From Tubiluchus corallicola (Eukaryota > Animalia > Priapulida): a stretch of DNA of 64,000 bases. The position numbers and the translations under genes are program-made. The notes beneath the pieces are model-generated. The model had not been told where the DNA came from. It saw nothing but the letters and a program-made list of their open reading frames with translations, and did not search any database. The DNA lies in NCBI GenBank assembly GCA_030141605.1, contig JAQGDQ010000851.1, positions 1 through 64,000 of the forward strand, given 5' to 3'. How positions within the stretch are numbered: the first letter of the stretch is position 1; every line of letters starts with the position of its first letter. Below are positions 1-13,559 of this stretch, piece by piece.

Positions 1-480
1 AGATAGTTAGCAGCTAGGTAGATAGGTAATTAGATAGATAGCAGCTATGTAGATAGGTAAGTAGATAGATAGATAGGTAAGTAGATAGATAGCAGCTAGG
101 TAGTTAGGTAAGTAGATAGATAGCACCTAGGTAGATAGGTAAGTAGATAGATAGCAGCTAGGTAGATAGGTAAGTAGATAGATAGCAGCTAGGTAGATAG
201 GTAAGTAGATAGATAGCACCTAGGTAGATAGGTAAGTAGATAGATAGCAGCTAGGTAGATAGGTAAGTAAGTAGATAGATAGGTAAGTAGATAGATAGCA
301 GCTAGGTAGATAGCTAAGTAGATAGATAGATAGGTAAGTAGGTAACTAGCAGCTAGGTAGATAAGTAGATAGATAGATAGGTAAGTAGGTAACTAGCAGC
401 TAGGTAGATAGTTAAGTAAGTAGATAGATATGTAAGTAGATACCTAGTAACACGTAGACAGGTAAGTAGGTAGGTAGCTG
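1..480. repeat. Compound (AGAT/AGGT)n microsatellite with ~31-bp higher period
   Basis: Unit AGATAGATAGCAGCTAGGTAGATAGGTAAGT; GCAGCT/GCACCT marker recurs at 92 and 123; runs off the window start. Confidence 0.9.
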
Positions 481-587
481 GGAGGGAGTTGTTAGTCACT
501 AGACAGCTAACTGAGATAATTAATTCGGTAAGCAGACAGGAATGTAAGTAAACAGGTAAATAAGCAACATGTAGGCAGCTGAACAGA

Positions 588-660
588 TTATTAATTATTA
601 TTAAACCTCATTTATTTTCAAAATCAAATGATTCAAAGCCCTCCGTTTGCTGGGCTATAT
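588..660 (-). mobile_element. LINE 3' tail (hairpin-tail family)
   Basis: Minus strand reads GCCCAGCAAACGGAGGGC...AATAAA...(TAA)n, similar to the CCCTGCAAATAGAGGG tails at ~37260 and ~63584. Confidence 0.5.
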
Positions 661-2270
661 GCACTAATACATATAAAAAATACACTACATATTAAATAGT
701 TGTACTAATACATATAAAAAATACACTTCATATAAAATAGTAGCACTAATACACATAAAAAATACACTACATATTAAATAGTAGCACTAATACATATAAA
801 AAATACACTACATATTAAATAGTTGTACTAATACATATAAAAAATACACTACATATAAAATAGTAGCACTAATACACATAAAAAATACACTACATATTAA
901 ATAGTAGCACTAATACATATAAAAATACACTACATATAAATAGTAGCACTAATACAATAAAAATACACTACATATTAAATAGTAGCACTAATACATATAA
1001 AAAATACACTACATATTAAATAGTAGCACTAATACATATAAAAAATACACTACATATTAAATAGTAGCACTAATACATATAAAAAATACACTACATATTA
1101 AATAGTAGCACTAATACATATAAAAAATACACTACATATTAAATAGTGACTAATACATATAAAAAATACACTACATATAAATAGTAGCACTAATACACAT
1201 AAAAAATACACTACATATTAAATAGTAGCACTAATACATATAAAAATACACTACATATAAAATAGTAGCACTAATACACATAACAAATACACTACATATT
1301 AAATAGTAGCACTAATACATATAAAAATACACTAATATAAAAGATAAAAAATACATACATATAAATATAGCACTAATACATATAAAAATACACTACATAT
1401 AAATAGTAGCACTAATACAATAAAAATACACTACATATTAAATAAGCACTAATACATATAAAAAATACACTGCATATTAAATAGTAGCACTAATACATAT
1501 AAAAAATACACTACATATTAAATAGTAGCACTAACACATACAAAAAATAAATTACATTTTAAATAGAAGCACTAATACATATAAAAAATACACTGCATAT
1601 TAAATACAAGCACTAATACATATAAAAATACACTACATATTAAACAGAAGCACTAATACATACAAAAAGATAAACTACACATTAAATAGAAGCACTAATA
1701 CATATAAAAAATACACTGCATATTAAATAGTAGCACTAATACATATAAAAAATACACTACATATTAAATAGTAGCACTAACACATACAAAAAATAAATTA
1801 CATTTTAAATAGAAGCACTAATACATATAAAAAATACACTGCATATTAAATACAAGCACTAATACATATAAAAATACACTACATATTAAACAGAAGCACT
1901 AATACATACAAAAAGATAAACTACACATTAAATAGAAGCACTAATACATATAAAAAATACACTGCATATTAAATAGTAGCACTAATACATATAAAAAATA
2001 CACTACATATTAAATAGTAGCACTAACACATACAAAAAATAAATTACATTTTAAATAGAAGCACTAATACATATAAAAAATACACTGCATATTAAATACA
2101 AGCACTAATACATATAAAAATACACTACATATTAAACAGAAGCACTAATACATACAAAAAGATAAACTACACATTAAATAGAAGCACTAATACATATAAA
2201 AAATACACTGCATATTAAATAGAAGCACTAATACATATAAAAAAAATACACTATATGTTAAATAGAAGTG
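661..2270. repeat. 41-bp AT-rich minisatellite (~39 units) with a 246-bp six-unit higher-order repeat in its right half
   Basis: Unit CACTAATACATATAAAAAATACACTACATATTAAATAGTAG; variant ATTACATTTT recurs at 1551, 1797 and 2043. Confidence 0.95.
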
Positions 2271-2719
2271 GCTAATGGTACTAACACTTGTGCAGCTGTA
2301 GCAAAGTGTAAAAACTAGATATGTAAGAAAGCATCTTATGAATTTCCCTGCACTTTTTGCCTTACTGTTGGCTTGCTCAAACATTTTGTTGTTAAGTACG
2401 GATAGCTTTAATGTAACAGCATTTCCTGTATAGTTATAATAACACAAAAGTTCCCTACAACCAGGTTACTTCATCTGTTCCTTCAAGCATTTACATGCCC
2501 CACCAAATATATGCATACGTGTTGCTTTTAATTTGCCCGATTTTGATGTAGTGACTCGTAAATTTGCACAAGAACCAGAGTTCTGAATAGTACGAACATT
2601 CCAGTATACAATATCGTACATAGTAATTGTATACTATATATACCCTATATTACTTGTGTACTTTTATTGTTCTGTGTGTTGTTTATACGGCTTGTTCTTT
2701 GTGTACAGGATATACAAAA

Positions 2720-3690
2720 GTTGCTTGCTTCTTGCTCGCTTACTTACGTATTTGTTTATTTACTTACGTATTTTATATATTTACTTGCTTTTTACCTATT
2801 TGCTACTTACTTGCTTACTTTCTTGCTTGCTTGCTTACTTAACTAACTAACTAACTTACTTACTTGGCAACCTGCCTCCTGCTTGCTTGCCTGCCTGCCT
2901 GCCTGCCTACCTGACTACCTACCTACTTACTCACTTACTTACATACTTTCTTCCTAGCTTGCTCACTTGCTTACTCACTCACTCATTCACTCACTTGCTC
3001 ACTTGCTCGCTCTCTTGCTCATTCACTTACTCACTCACTTGCTCGCTCACTCACTCACTCAATTACTCTCTCACTCACTCACCACACACCACCCCACCCA
3101 CCACCCCCCACCTCATTCACTTACTCACTCATCACTTACTCACTCATTCACTCACTCCCTCATTCACTTACTCACTCATCACTCACTTGCTCGCTTGCTC
3201 ACTCACTCACTCATTCACTTACTCAGTCACTCATTCACTTACTCACTCATTCGCTCACTCACTCACTCATTAACTTACTCACTCACTCATTCACTTACTC
3301 TCTCACTCATTCACTTACTCACTCATCACTCACTCATTTGCTTACTCATTCACTTACTCACTCATTCACTTACTCACTCATCACTCACTTGCTCGCTTGC
3401 TCACTCACTCACTCAGTCACTCACTCATTTGCTTACTCACTCACTTGCTTGCTCGCTCATTCACTTACTCACTCATTACTCACTCAGTCACTTACTCTCT
3501 CACTCATTCACTTACTCACTCATCACTCACTCATTTGCTTACTCGCTCGCTCATTCACTTACTCACTCATCACTCACTCACTCACTCACTCATCACTCAC
3601 TCGCTCGCTTGCTCATTCACTTACTCACTCATCACTCACTCACTCATTGGCTCACTCATTCACTTACTCTCTCACTTATTCACTTACTTA
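2720..3690. repeat. Degenerate tetranucleotide array (TTAC/CTTG/CCTG then ACTC)n
   Basis: Visible 4-bp periodicity; source of the THSL-rich ORFs. Confidence 0.95.
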
Positions 3691-4315
3691 CATGTAGCTG
3701 TTGGGTTTTATGAAAATTCCGTTCATTCACCTTATGAGACCATTGGGTGAAGGTTGCTCTCTTTTCAAAGCACCAGTTTTGCAGAATGGCAACCTACATA
3801 GTAAGTTTTAATAAGTGGCCGTGCAGATGGGCTAAACTGTGTTGAATATCAAAATAGTAAATGTTTGATTTGGCTAGCGGGGGGAAGTACAATGTTGCGT
3901 GAGTCAGCCATTGATGCTCAAAGTGCTAATCAATTTTAAAATTCACTTTAAACTGATAGTAACAATAATTAGGCGTTTTGGTTTATGATGAATGAGTTTC
4001 CATTGTGTAGGAAAGTCCCTCCCCAAATGATTTATAAGGTGAAAATTTAAATGAAATGGCTACTGGAGGGCTCTGTTTAAACTACGGAAATTTGAATAAC
4101 TCGTGTAGCTATCGTGAAAATGTGTCGTTGTTGTTGTTTATAGAAACTTAGTTGTTTACAGTGTGTGCCACTGTTTTTGCTCGGTTTCCGCGAAATGTAA
4201 GTGTAATTAAGTTCGCAACTTAATTAAAGGAGAGGACAAGTCACTTGGCTTGTTTAATTTATTTTACTGCTATCGTTTAAACGTAGAAAAATACAACAAC
4301 AGCATTCGTACAAGC

Positions 4316-4363
4316 ATATATAAGGAAGCATATACATATACATATATACTTATACATATATGG

Positions 4364-4418
<55 letters not shown>

Positions 4419-4432
4419 TAGATAGATAGATA
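4316..4432. repeat. (TA)n/(TAGA)n microsatellite
   Basis: Direct reading. Confidence 0.95.
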
Positions 4433-4489
4433 TAAGTTTTAAGTTTTATATATGTGGTTATACATATATGCTTATATTATATAGTATAA

Positions 4490-4846
4490 CGTAGTACGCA
4501 CGTTCGAGATCTCATGCGTGAGCACAGCAGTAAATTTGAAATTTCAATTTTTATCTTAAAACTTGCCTAGTTTTAGTACAACACACCGAATATCTTACAG
4601 TAGCACTGTACTTTAATTTCGCTTTCGTAAACACGTGCAACACGCTCGTGGAATGTTTGTGCTGTTGAAAATTAATGTTAGTTTGTGATTTCATCAATAG
4701 TTGGGCTCGCCCGCCGTTAATTAAGTTTTTAATCTCTTATTTAATCATCAGAAAAGCTTTTGCAGTATTAATCGTGTTGAAATGTATACTTTTTATCAGT
4801 TTTGAAAATGGGGTAGTATATGAAAAATCATCCTGTCTTCCATTAA
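4490..4846 (-). mobile_element. Kolobok-like MITE family A, partial copy
   Basis: Reverse complement of the left half of 39373-39995; ends AAATCATCCTGTCTTCCATTAA. Confidence 0.8.
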
Positions 4847-5582
4847 CGTAATCAAAATTAATGGTAAAAAAGAATCATTATATATATATATGATTATGTT
4901 CAGTTGTGACGTCGTCCGTCACTTACTGAGCTCACTGTCATTAATTACATTTTTAAGCTATTATTTAGTTATCACAGCCATTTTGGCATCATTATAGGTT
5001 TTAAAATGCGCACTTTTTACCGTATTTCCTCCCTAAATATGTAAGCAAGCAAGCGTGTGAGTAAATAAGCAAGTAAGAGCATGAAAAATCACCCCGTCTT
5101 AATTTATGTACGCGATGCCCGATTCTTCATTCAGCCGTCCCCTTTTTTTGAATCCCTCGAGATTTAAAGCATCGCGTCGTTAAAATCTTTGCTGTCATAG
5201 AATCAGCGTAAACTGCAATTGATGCAATTGATGTGAGAATACGGTTTTCTGATGATTGTTGAAACTATTAGGTAATTTGGCACAATTATATGCATCGCGG
5301 AAAATGAAAACAATTTTATGAATCCTCACTGAGTTGATCAAATTGCACGTCTCGTCACGTAAGATGAAGCGTTATATAGGAACTGTGAAACATTCTTGAC
5401 AATGAAGGTTATAAATGAAGCCGCTGAAAGAATAGAGGACGAAGTGTGAGTCGTAAGAAGTATTCGTATTTTTTTGTTTTCTGCTTGTAAAGAAATCCGG
5501 CAGTGTTCCAAGCATGTTTGAAAGGTGCGACGAATTCTTCGTTCGAAACAAAAAACTGCTAACCTGTTGATTTTTGTTCAAA

Positions 5583-6300
5583 TCGTCGTTATTCTCATCG
5601 TCGTCGTCATCATTAACATCATGATGATCGTCATCACTTTCATCATTATTGACATCGTCATTGTTATCATCATCATTGTCATCTTTATTGTCGTCATTGT
5701 CGTCATAACCATAATCACCATTACCGGCATCATTAGTTATATCACCATTATCGTTAATCATCATCATTATCATTACCATCACCATTATCATTAATCATCA
5801 TCATTATCATTACCATCATCATTATCGTCATTATTGCCGTCATCGTCGTCGCTGTCATAACCATAATCACTCTCACTAGCATTATCAGTTATATCATCAT
5901 TATCATCAACTTCATAATCATCATCACTGTCATCATCATCATCATCATCATCGTCTTAGAAAAGCTAATTACAGAATGTGTAACATGTAATATTGTAGAA
6001 TTCACTCTGTCTAGTGTCTGTGTAACATTTATAATGTTTGTACCGAAATTTTGCCTGCATAAAGAGACTATTAAAGACTCATTATCATCACCATCATCAT
6101 CATCATCATCATCATCATTATCATTGTTGTCGTCGTCGTATCACTGTCATCATCGTTGTCACTGGCATCATCGTCATCATCATCATCGTCATTTTCATCA
6201 TCATCGTCATTATCATCATCGTCATTATCATCATCATCGTCATCATAGTCATCATCGTCATCATCATCATCATCATCGTCTTTACCATATGCATCGTATT
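5583..6300. repeat. Two degenerate (ATC)n trinucleotide tracts (5583-5955 and 6079-6300)
   Basis: CAT/CGT/TAT triplets; source of poly-His/Ile/Asp ORFs. Confidence 0.95.
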
Positions 6301-6829
6301 CAATGTGAACAATCCATTCTGTAAACTAAGCTGCTTATTTTCGTTTCAAAAACCGATTGACCATTAGTTTGATGTGTGTCCTCCTGACCCAAACAAGATG
6401 CCTCATTTCAAGAAGCCACAGAAGAAGTAAATTAAAAATTTCTCTTCAAAAATTTATTTTCCGGAAAACACCGTTGGCTCTTCGCTTATCCACGTTAAGC
6501 TGACCGCTTCCAAAAACGCCACAACGTCATGATGAGATGCGCCATCAAATCAGGAATTCGCTGGAAAAAGTGTCATTATCCCAAACGGGTTTCAATAGCC
6601 TTTATCGATTTTTTCCTATCTGGAGTCATCCTGGTCGCAAACTGGAATTTTTAATAAAACGTAATTGATGGACTTTGGTAAATGAGATGGCGTAGTGACG
6701 TCAGATTTGCAGATTATCCTTCTGTCTAGAGACCCTTGTAGCCTATGCGTTAACTGAAAGTTGGGTCATTTGGGCTCTGTAAACCCCGTACAGTAAAATC
6801 CACTCGACCACATGCACAATAAAAACGTG

Positions 6830-8633
6830 TGATTGATTTGACTTGATTTGATTTAAGTCTTTATTGCAAACTCTAGGTTCATATATACAAAAATACATTC
6901 ACGTATGATTTGATTTGATTTAAGTCTTTATTGCAGACTCTAGGGTCATATATACAAACATACATTCACCTATGATTTGATTTGATTTAAGTCTTTATTG
7001 CAGAGTCTGGGTTCATATATACAAAAATACGTTCACGTATGATTTGACTTGATTTAAGTCTCTATTGCAGACTCTAGGTTCATATATAGAAAAATACATT
7101 CACGTATGATTTGATTTGATTTAAGTCTTTATTGCAAACTCTGGGTTCATATATACAAAAATACATTCACGTATGATTTTATTTGATTTAAGTCTTTATT
7201 GCAGACTCTAGGTTCATATATACAAAAATACATTCACGTATGATTTGACTTGATTTAAGTCTTTATTTCAAACTCTAGGTTCATATATACAAACATACAT
7301 TCACGTATGATTTGATTTGATTTAAGTCTTTATTGCAGACTCTAGGTTCATATATACAAACATACATTCACGTATGATTTGATTTGATTTAAGTCTTTAT
7401 TGCAAACTCTAGGTTCATATATACAAACATACATTCACGTATGATTTGATTTGATTTAAGTCTTTATTGCAAACTCCAGGTTCATATATACCAACATACA
7501 TTCACGTATGATTTGATTTGATTTAAGTCTTTATTGCAGACTCTAGGTTCATATATACAAACATACATTCACGTATGATTTGATTTGATTTAAGTCTTTA
7601 TTGCAGACTCTAGGTTCATATATACAAACATACATTCACGTATGATTTGATTTGATTTAAGTCTTTATTGCAGACTCTAGGTTCATATATACAAACATAC
7701 ATTCACGTATGATTTGATTTGATTTAAGTCTTTATTGCAAACTCTAGGTTCATATATACAAACATACATTCACGTATGATTTGATTTGATTTAAGTCTTT
7801 ATTGCAAACTCTAGGTTCATATATACAAACATACATTCACGTATGATTTGATTTGATTTAAGTGTTTATTGCAAACTCTAGGTTCATATATACAAACATA
7901 TATTCACGTATGATTTGACTTGATTTAAGTCTTTATTGCAGACTCTAGGTTCATATATACAAAAATACATTCACGTATGATTTGACTTGGTTTAAGTCTT
8001 TATTGCAAACTCTAGGTTCATATACACAAAAATGCATTCACGTATGATTTGATTTGATTTAAGTCTTTATTGCAAACTCTAGGTTCATATATACAAACAT
8101 ACATTCACCTATGATTTGATTTGATTTAAGTCTTTATTGCAGACTCTAGGGTCATATATACAAACATACATTCACCTATGATTTGATTTGATTTAAGTCT
8201 TTATTGCAGACTCTAGGTTCATATATACAAAAATAAATTCACGTATGATTTGACTTGATTTAAGTCTTTATTGCAAACTCTAGGTTCATATATAGAAAAA
8301 TACATTCACGTATGATTTGATTTGATTTAAGTCTTTATTGCAGATTCTAGGTTCATATATACAAACATACATTCACCTATGATTTGATTTGATTTAAGTC
8401 TTTATTGCAGACTCTAGGGTCATATATACAAACATACATTCACCTATGATTTGATTTGATTTAAATCTTTATTGCAGACTCTAGGTTCATATATACAAAA
8501 ATAAATTCACGTATGATTTGACTTGATTTAAGTCTTTATTGCAAACTCTAGGTTCATATATAGAAAAATACATTCACGTATGATTTGATTTGATTTAAGT
8601 CTTTATTGCAGATTCTAGGTTCATATATACAAA
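6830..8633. repeat. 67-bp satellite (~27 units)
   Basis: Unit ATGATTTGATTTGATTTAAGTCTTTATTGCAGACTCTAGGTTCATATATACAAACATACATTCACGT; unit starts at 7441 and 7508. Confidence 0.97.
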
Positions 8634-8982
8634 GGGTCAAAAATTACATACAAGAGTTATTAATATTTAGAATTGTGACTTAGTTAGTGACACGCAAAGT
8701 AAATGAATGTATAAACTATAAAAAAAATCGGCAGGGCATTATGGAAAACAATAAAGAAGTTTATTCATTTCTTTCTAATGGAGGAAGTAAAGAATGCCTC
8801 CCGTTCGCTTTAAATGCTTACAAATTCATGTACCATTGTCACTAATAGCAACTCTTTTGCAAAGACTAAGTATGCACTACTGCAATAAAACTTTCTCTAT
8901 AAGCGAAATTTTATACATACAGCTAGAGCTGGTGCAGACAATGTGAGAAAAGAACAATCTTACTTTTTACAGTCAAGGAAGG

Positions 8983-9613
8983 TTAACAGTGAATGGCAAT
9001 GATTTTTCATTTACTACCCCATTTTCAAGTCCTTTAAAAAGTATACATTTTAACACTATTAATAAGTGCAAAAGTGTTTCTGGTAATTAAATAATAGATT
9101 AGAAACTTAATTAATGGCGGGCGAGCCCAACTGTTGATGACATCACAAACTAACATAATTTTCAACAGCAAAAATATTCCACGAGCGTGTTGCACGTGTT
9201 TGCGAAAGCGAAAATTGAATCACATTGCTACTGTAGGATATTCAGTGTGTTGTACTAAAATTAGGCAAGTTTCAAGACAAAAATTCAAATTTCAGCTTTA
9301 CCGCTATGCTTACTCACGAGCTGTCGAACGTGTGTAGTTCGTCACAAACTAACACATCTGAACTGAACAGGGGTACAGCACCTGTCTTTTATGCAATGCG
9401 CCTCCGAAATGCAGGCGCTAGTGCCCGTCTAACTAACTAATGGTGAAATGCACGTAACAGCGAAGAATTAGTGGCGCGAACGTGAAATTGTGTTTGTGTG
9501 ATAGTAATTCTTTCACATAAGTCATTTTTGAAAAACAGCGTGTTTCCTTTCAATATTTTAAAGAGTAGATTGTTTTAACCTACAGTTTAAGATTGCGTCT
9601 GGTTTTGCTTTAA
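8983..9613 (+). mobile_element. Kolobok-like MITE family A, near full length
   Basis: Colinear with 39373-39995; ends GGTTTTGCTTTAA. Confidence 0.85.
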
Positions 9614-9999
9614 GTTCAGCAAGTCTAGGCTAATGGATGAGTTATTTGTATTATAAGACAAACTTGCTAAATGAACATACAGACACCAGTAAGCTGAGAC
9701 CCAAGGAAACACAGACAACCTGCCCTTTTTTTAGTAACTACATAGTTAGTCTAATATAACATCTCCTATAAGTTAAGATTGTATTTCTTGCTCTCTATCT
9801 TATTGTGTGCATGAGTTCTAGTTGTATGTAATTTTCCTGAGTGTTATTCGAAAAGCTTTGTTGCAAGTGTTGCAGGTGTTGCTTTGTTGTACATATGGTG
9901 TGGTGAACTTTGCTGTATGCGTGTTGCTGATACAAAGTTTACTGCAATAAGTTATATTAGATGTGTTAGAAAGACGAAAAGATAATGTTAAGCTCCACA

Positions 10000-10620
10000 T
10001 CCTATAATTCCTATATTTTTTGAAAACGTCCTATAATTCCTATAAAACTTGATAAAACTATAAAAATGTCCTATAACTCCTATATTTTGTCCTATAATTC
10101 CTATAAAACTTGATAAAACTATAAAAAATGTCCTATAATTCCTATATTTTGTCCTATAATTCCTATAAAACTTGATAAAACTATAAAATGTCCTATAATT
10201 CCTATAAAAGTTGATAGAACCATAAAAATGTCCTATAATTCCTATAAAACTTGATAAAACTATAAAAATGTCCTATAATTCCTATAAAGTAATGAATTCT
10301 CAATAAAATGATAATGCTATTGGTATTTTTCGCACGCATAACCACAATTAGATATTATAAGTACATATCTTCATGATTTAGGCATTTTAGTGAATGTAAA
10401 TAACAATTGTCTGTCGCAAAGTATGTATGTTTTTTACAGAGTTTAGAGGAAAAATCATTTATTTTTGCAAACAAATTGTGAAAATCGGTGGTATAGTGTA
10501 AGATAAGAAAGTTTCGTTTTTAAGGAAAAATGTCCTATAATTGCTATATTTTTTCAAAAAATTTCCTATATTTTCTTAGAATAATGTCCTAGATTTTTGA
10601 AAAGTAAAGTACGAGCCCTG
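10000..10620. mobile_element. Non-autonomous DNA element remnant with subterminal CCTATA-rich tandem repeats (hAT-like end ...GAGCCCTG)
   Basis: TCCTATAATTCCTATA repeated 10000-10290 and again near 10530; terminates in GTACGAGCCCTG; left terminus not seen. Confidence 0.5.
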
Positions 10621-10639
10621 TAAGGCTTACGGTGTAAGC

Positions 10640-11101
10640 TATGTCCCAGAAAACTTTCTATACAAAGTTATATTACTTAACATTACGCTTACCTGTTTGA
10701 AAGACTTACGCAACTGGAAAGGAAAATTCTTAGCTGTTTAAAATACACGCACTAACTGGTAAATTGTCGTTGACTCACCTTCCCGGCGTGCACCACTGAT
10801 TCACCAAAGAAAGTCTTTTAATCTTGTTAACGATATAAAGTAATTTAAGCGCTTGTTTAGTTAGTGAAGTGTGCGCTACGAATTATTTTCTCAAACTTAA
10901 TGTGATATATACTTGTTTCAAATGGCTGACCGTTAAAATGGCCGCGCCTAATGGTCATCGTTAGATTTAAATTTCCAAATTTCGTGCAACGTTACTGCTA
11001 ATGCAAGCTCTGTGCACAATGAGGTAATGCAGGTGATACAAAATTATAAAAAACGATCTTTTAGCTTTGTGTAGTAGGTATGGGAGTTTTATTTGCTTTA
11101 A
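10640..11101 (+). mobile_element. Kolobok-like MITE family B, partial diverged copy
   Basis: Shares AAAGTTATATTACTTA, GACTCACC and AAAATGGCCGCGCCTAATGGTCATCG with 46615-47273; ends TTGCTTTAA. Confidence 0.7.
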
Positions 11102-11644
11102 TACACGTATTTCTAGTACCAAATGTAAGAGTACTTTTCTGTACTCAATGTCTTCGTGCTATTTGATTAGGGCTGAGGGTTCACACCCTCGAGTCCCTCG
11201 TCCCAATAACCTGCAGTGTAAAACTAATAGGCTCTTTGTAGGACGATGTAAAAGTGTTCCAGCTAATTCTTTTGATGAAGTTAAAAATTTCATTTCACAC
11301 AGTAAATTTTATTGCTGGGACATTGCCCTTGCTTTGGCAAAACATCAGTTTGACCTCAGGGAGCACTTTTGGCACCGGCACTTAATAATTATTAAAGTTG
11401 ATGGGAAGAAATATCGCAGATGGATGTACGCCGGTGACTTCATGTCTGGCAGAAGTGTAATTTTGGCTATAAATCTTCACCTTGCGTATCTAAGTGCATC
11501 AAATTTTCTGAACGTGAAATAGGTATAATTTCATTGTGTGTTGCTCAACCTGTGAGTGGATGGAACTTTATTATGTCTTTGTGTGTGGTGGTGGTTGCAG
11601 TGATAAGTTAACTATTAAGTGTGTCATTGTCCTTTTATAATTTA

Positions 11645-12750
11645 AAACTGGCCACACGACACATTTCTTTGTAAGTAATGGTTAGAATAGGATAGGATAA
11701 TAGAAAAGGGGTAAGACAGAAATGAGGACAGAGTAGGTAAGTAATTTACTGACCAAGAACTATGACTGCACTATGATCAGCATAGATTCACGGAAAATAA
11801 TACATTAAACTGGCCACACGACACATTTCTTTGTAAGTAATGGTTAGAATAGGATAATAGAAAAGGAGTTAGAGAGAAATGAGGACAGAGTAGGTAATTT
11901 ATTTATTGACCAAGAACTATGACTGCACTATGATCAGCATAGATTCACGGAAAATAATACATTAAACTGGCCATACGACACATTTCTTTGTAAGTAATGG
12001 TTAGAATAGGATAATAGAAAAGGGGTAAGACAGAAATGAGGACAGAGTAGGTAAGTTATTTACTGACCAAAAACTATGACTGCACTATGATCAGCATAGA
12101 TTCACGGAAAATAACACATTAAACTGGCCATACGACACATTTCTTTGTAAGTAATGGTTAGAATAGGATAATAGAAAAGGAGTTAGAGAGAAATGAGGAC
12201 AGAGTAGGTAAGTTATTTACTGACCAAAAACTATGACTGCACTATGATCAGCATAGATTCACGGAAAATAATACATTAAACTGGCCATACGACACATTTC
12301 TTTGTAAGTAATGGTTAGAATAGGATAATAGAAAAGGAGTTAGAGAGAAATGAGGACAGAGTAGGTAAGTTATTTATTGACCAAGAACTATGACTGCACT
12401 ATGATCAGCATAGATTCACGGAAAATAACACATTAAACTGGCCACACGACACATTTCTTTGTAAGTAATGGTTAGAATAGGATAATAGAAAAGGTGTAAG
12501 AGAGAAATGAGGACAGAGTAGGTAAGTGATTTATTGACAAAGAACTATTATTGCACTATGATCAGCATATATTCATGGTAAATAATACATTAAACTGTCC
12601 ACACGACACATTTCTTTGTAAGTAATGGTTAGAATAGGATAATAGAAAAGGAGTAAGAGAGAAACGAGGACAGAGTAGGTAAGTTATTTACTGACCAAGA
12701 ACTGTGACTGCACTATGATCAGCATAGATTCACGGAAAATAGCACATTAA
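11645..12750. repeat. 157-bp satellite (7 units)
   Basis: AAACTGGCCAYACGACACATTTC starts at 11807, 11964, 12121, 12278, 12435 and 12592. Confidence 0.97.
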
Positions 12751-13019
12751 GTTGGTCCAAAATTTTCTCCAAAACATTTGTACATAGACGATCGCAAAAG
12801 TGCTAAAATTGCATTAAACAGAGGCTAGTATATAATTAATACATTTTACATTATATTATCAGTCCTATAGGAAGAAGTGATTAGTGTGCAAAACATTTAA
12901 GCTACTGATGAATATTGTCCACAACAATTTGGTTGAAGATAGAGCTGATGTATGCCACTTCAATATTTCCTTTTAAATAAACAACTCCATAAACAAGAGC
13001 CCGAGAGAAAAAACTCTAT

Positions 13020-13370
13020 TCATAACCAACTCTTCTGCATCCGTGGTAAAAATACATATGAAACAACAGCACAGCTTTCTGTCGAGGCGACCTGTTTTGA
13101 CTGAATATCTTAATATCTTCATCCGCGCTTTTAATTACTGAGGCAAATATAAAATACGAGAAATATTTTCCAATACAATCTGCAGTGTTTGTTCTTTTTA
13201 TCTCTCCCTCGTTTACTTCAATTGTCTTCAGCTGGTGTTCTAGATGATGGCGTGTTCTGTATCGACTGGAAACCTTTTCATTAATTGTTTCCTTATCAAT
13301 AAACGAGGGGATTCCTCCTCCTCAATCATCTGATTGTCTTTTCTGCCTATAGTTTCTGACAGCCGGATTC
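13020..13370 (-). pseudogene. Possible decayed LINE AP-endonuclease fragment
   Basis: Minus frame NYRQKRQSDD*GGGIPSFIDK...HLEHQL resembles the APE Y..R.DR..RGGGV..YI motif; one stop, no other motifs confirmed. Confidence 0.3.
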
Positions 13371-13559
13371 ATTAGCTGGCTTCGTGCAATTTCAGTGCGC
13401 ACTTTGGCACTTTCTTGTACGCGAACCTCGACCGATTAGCCTTCCCACAGTTCCAGCGACAGCCCAATGCTGTGAAGCAAACTGTACTTCCCTCATGTGT
13501 TCCGGTTCTGCACAAGTACAACAAAAAACTAACTGAGGAAAAACACTCATTATACTGAA

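Noticed and set aside
2627-6367. His-, Ile-, Asp- and THSL-rich ORFs
   Set aside because: Translations of ACTC and ATC microsatellites.
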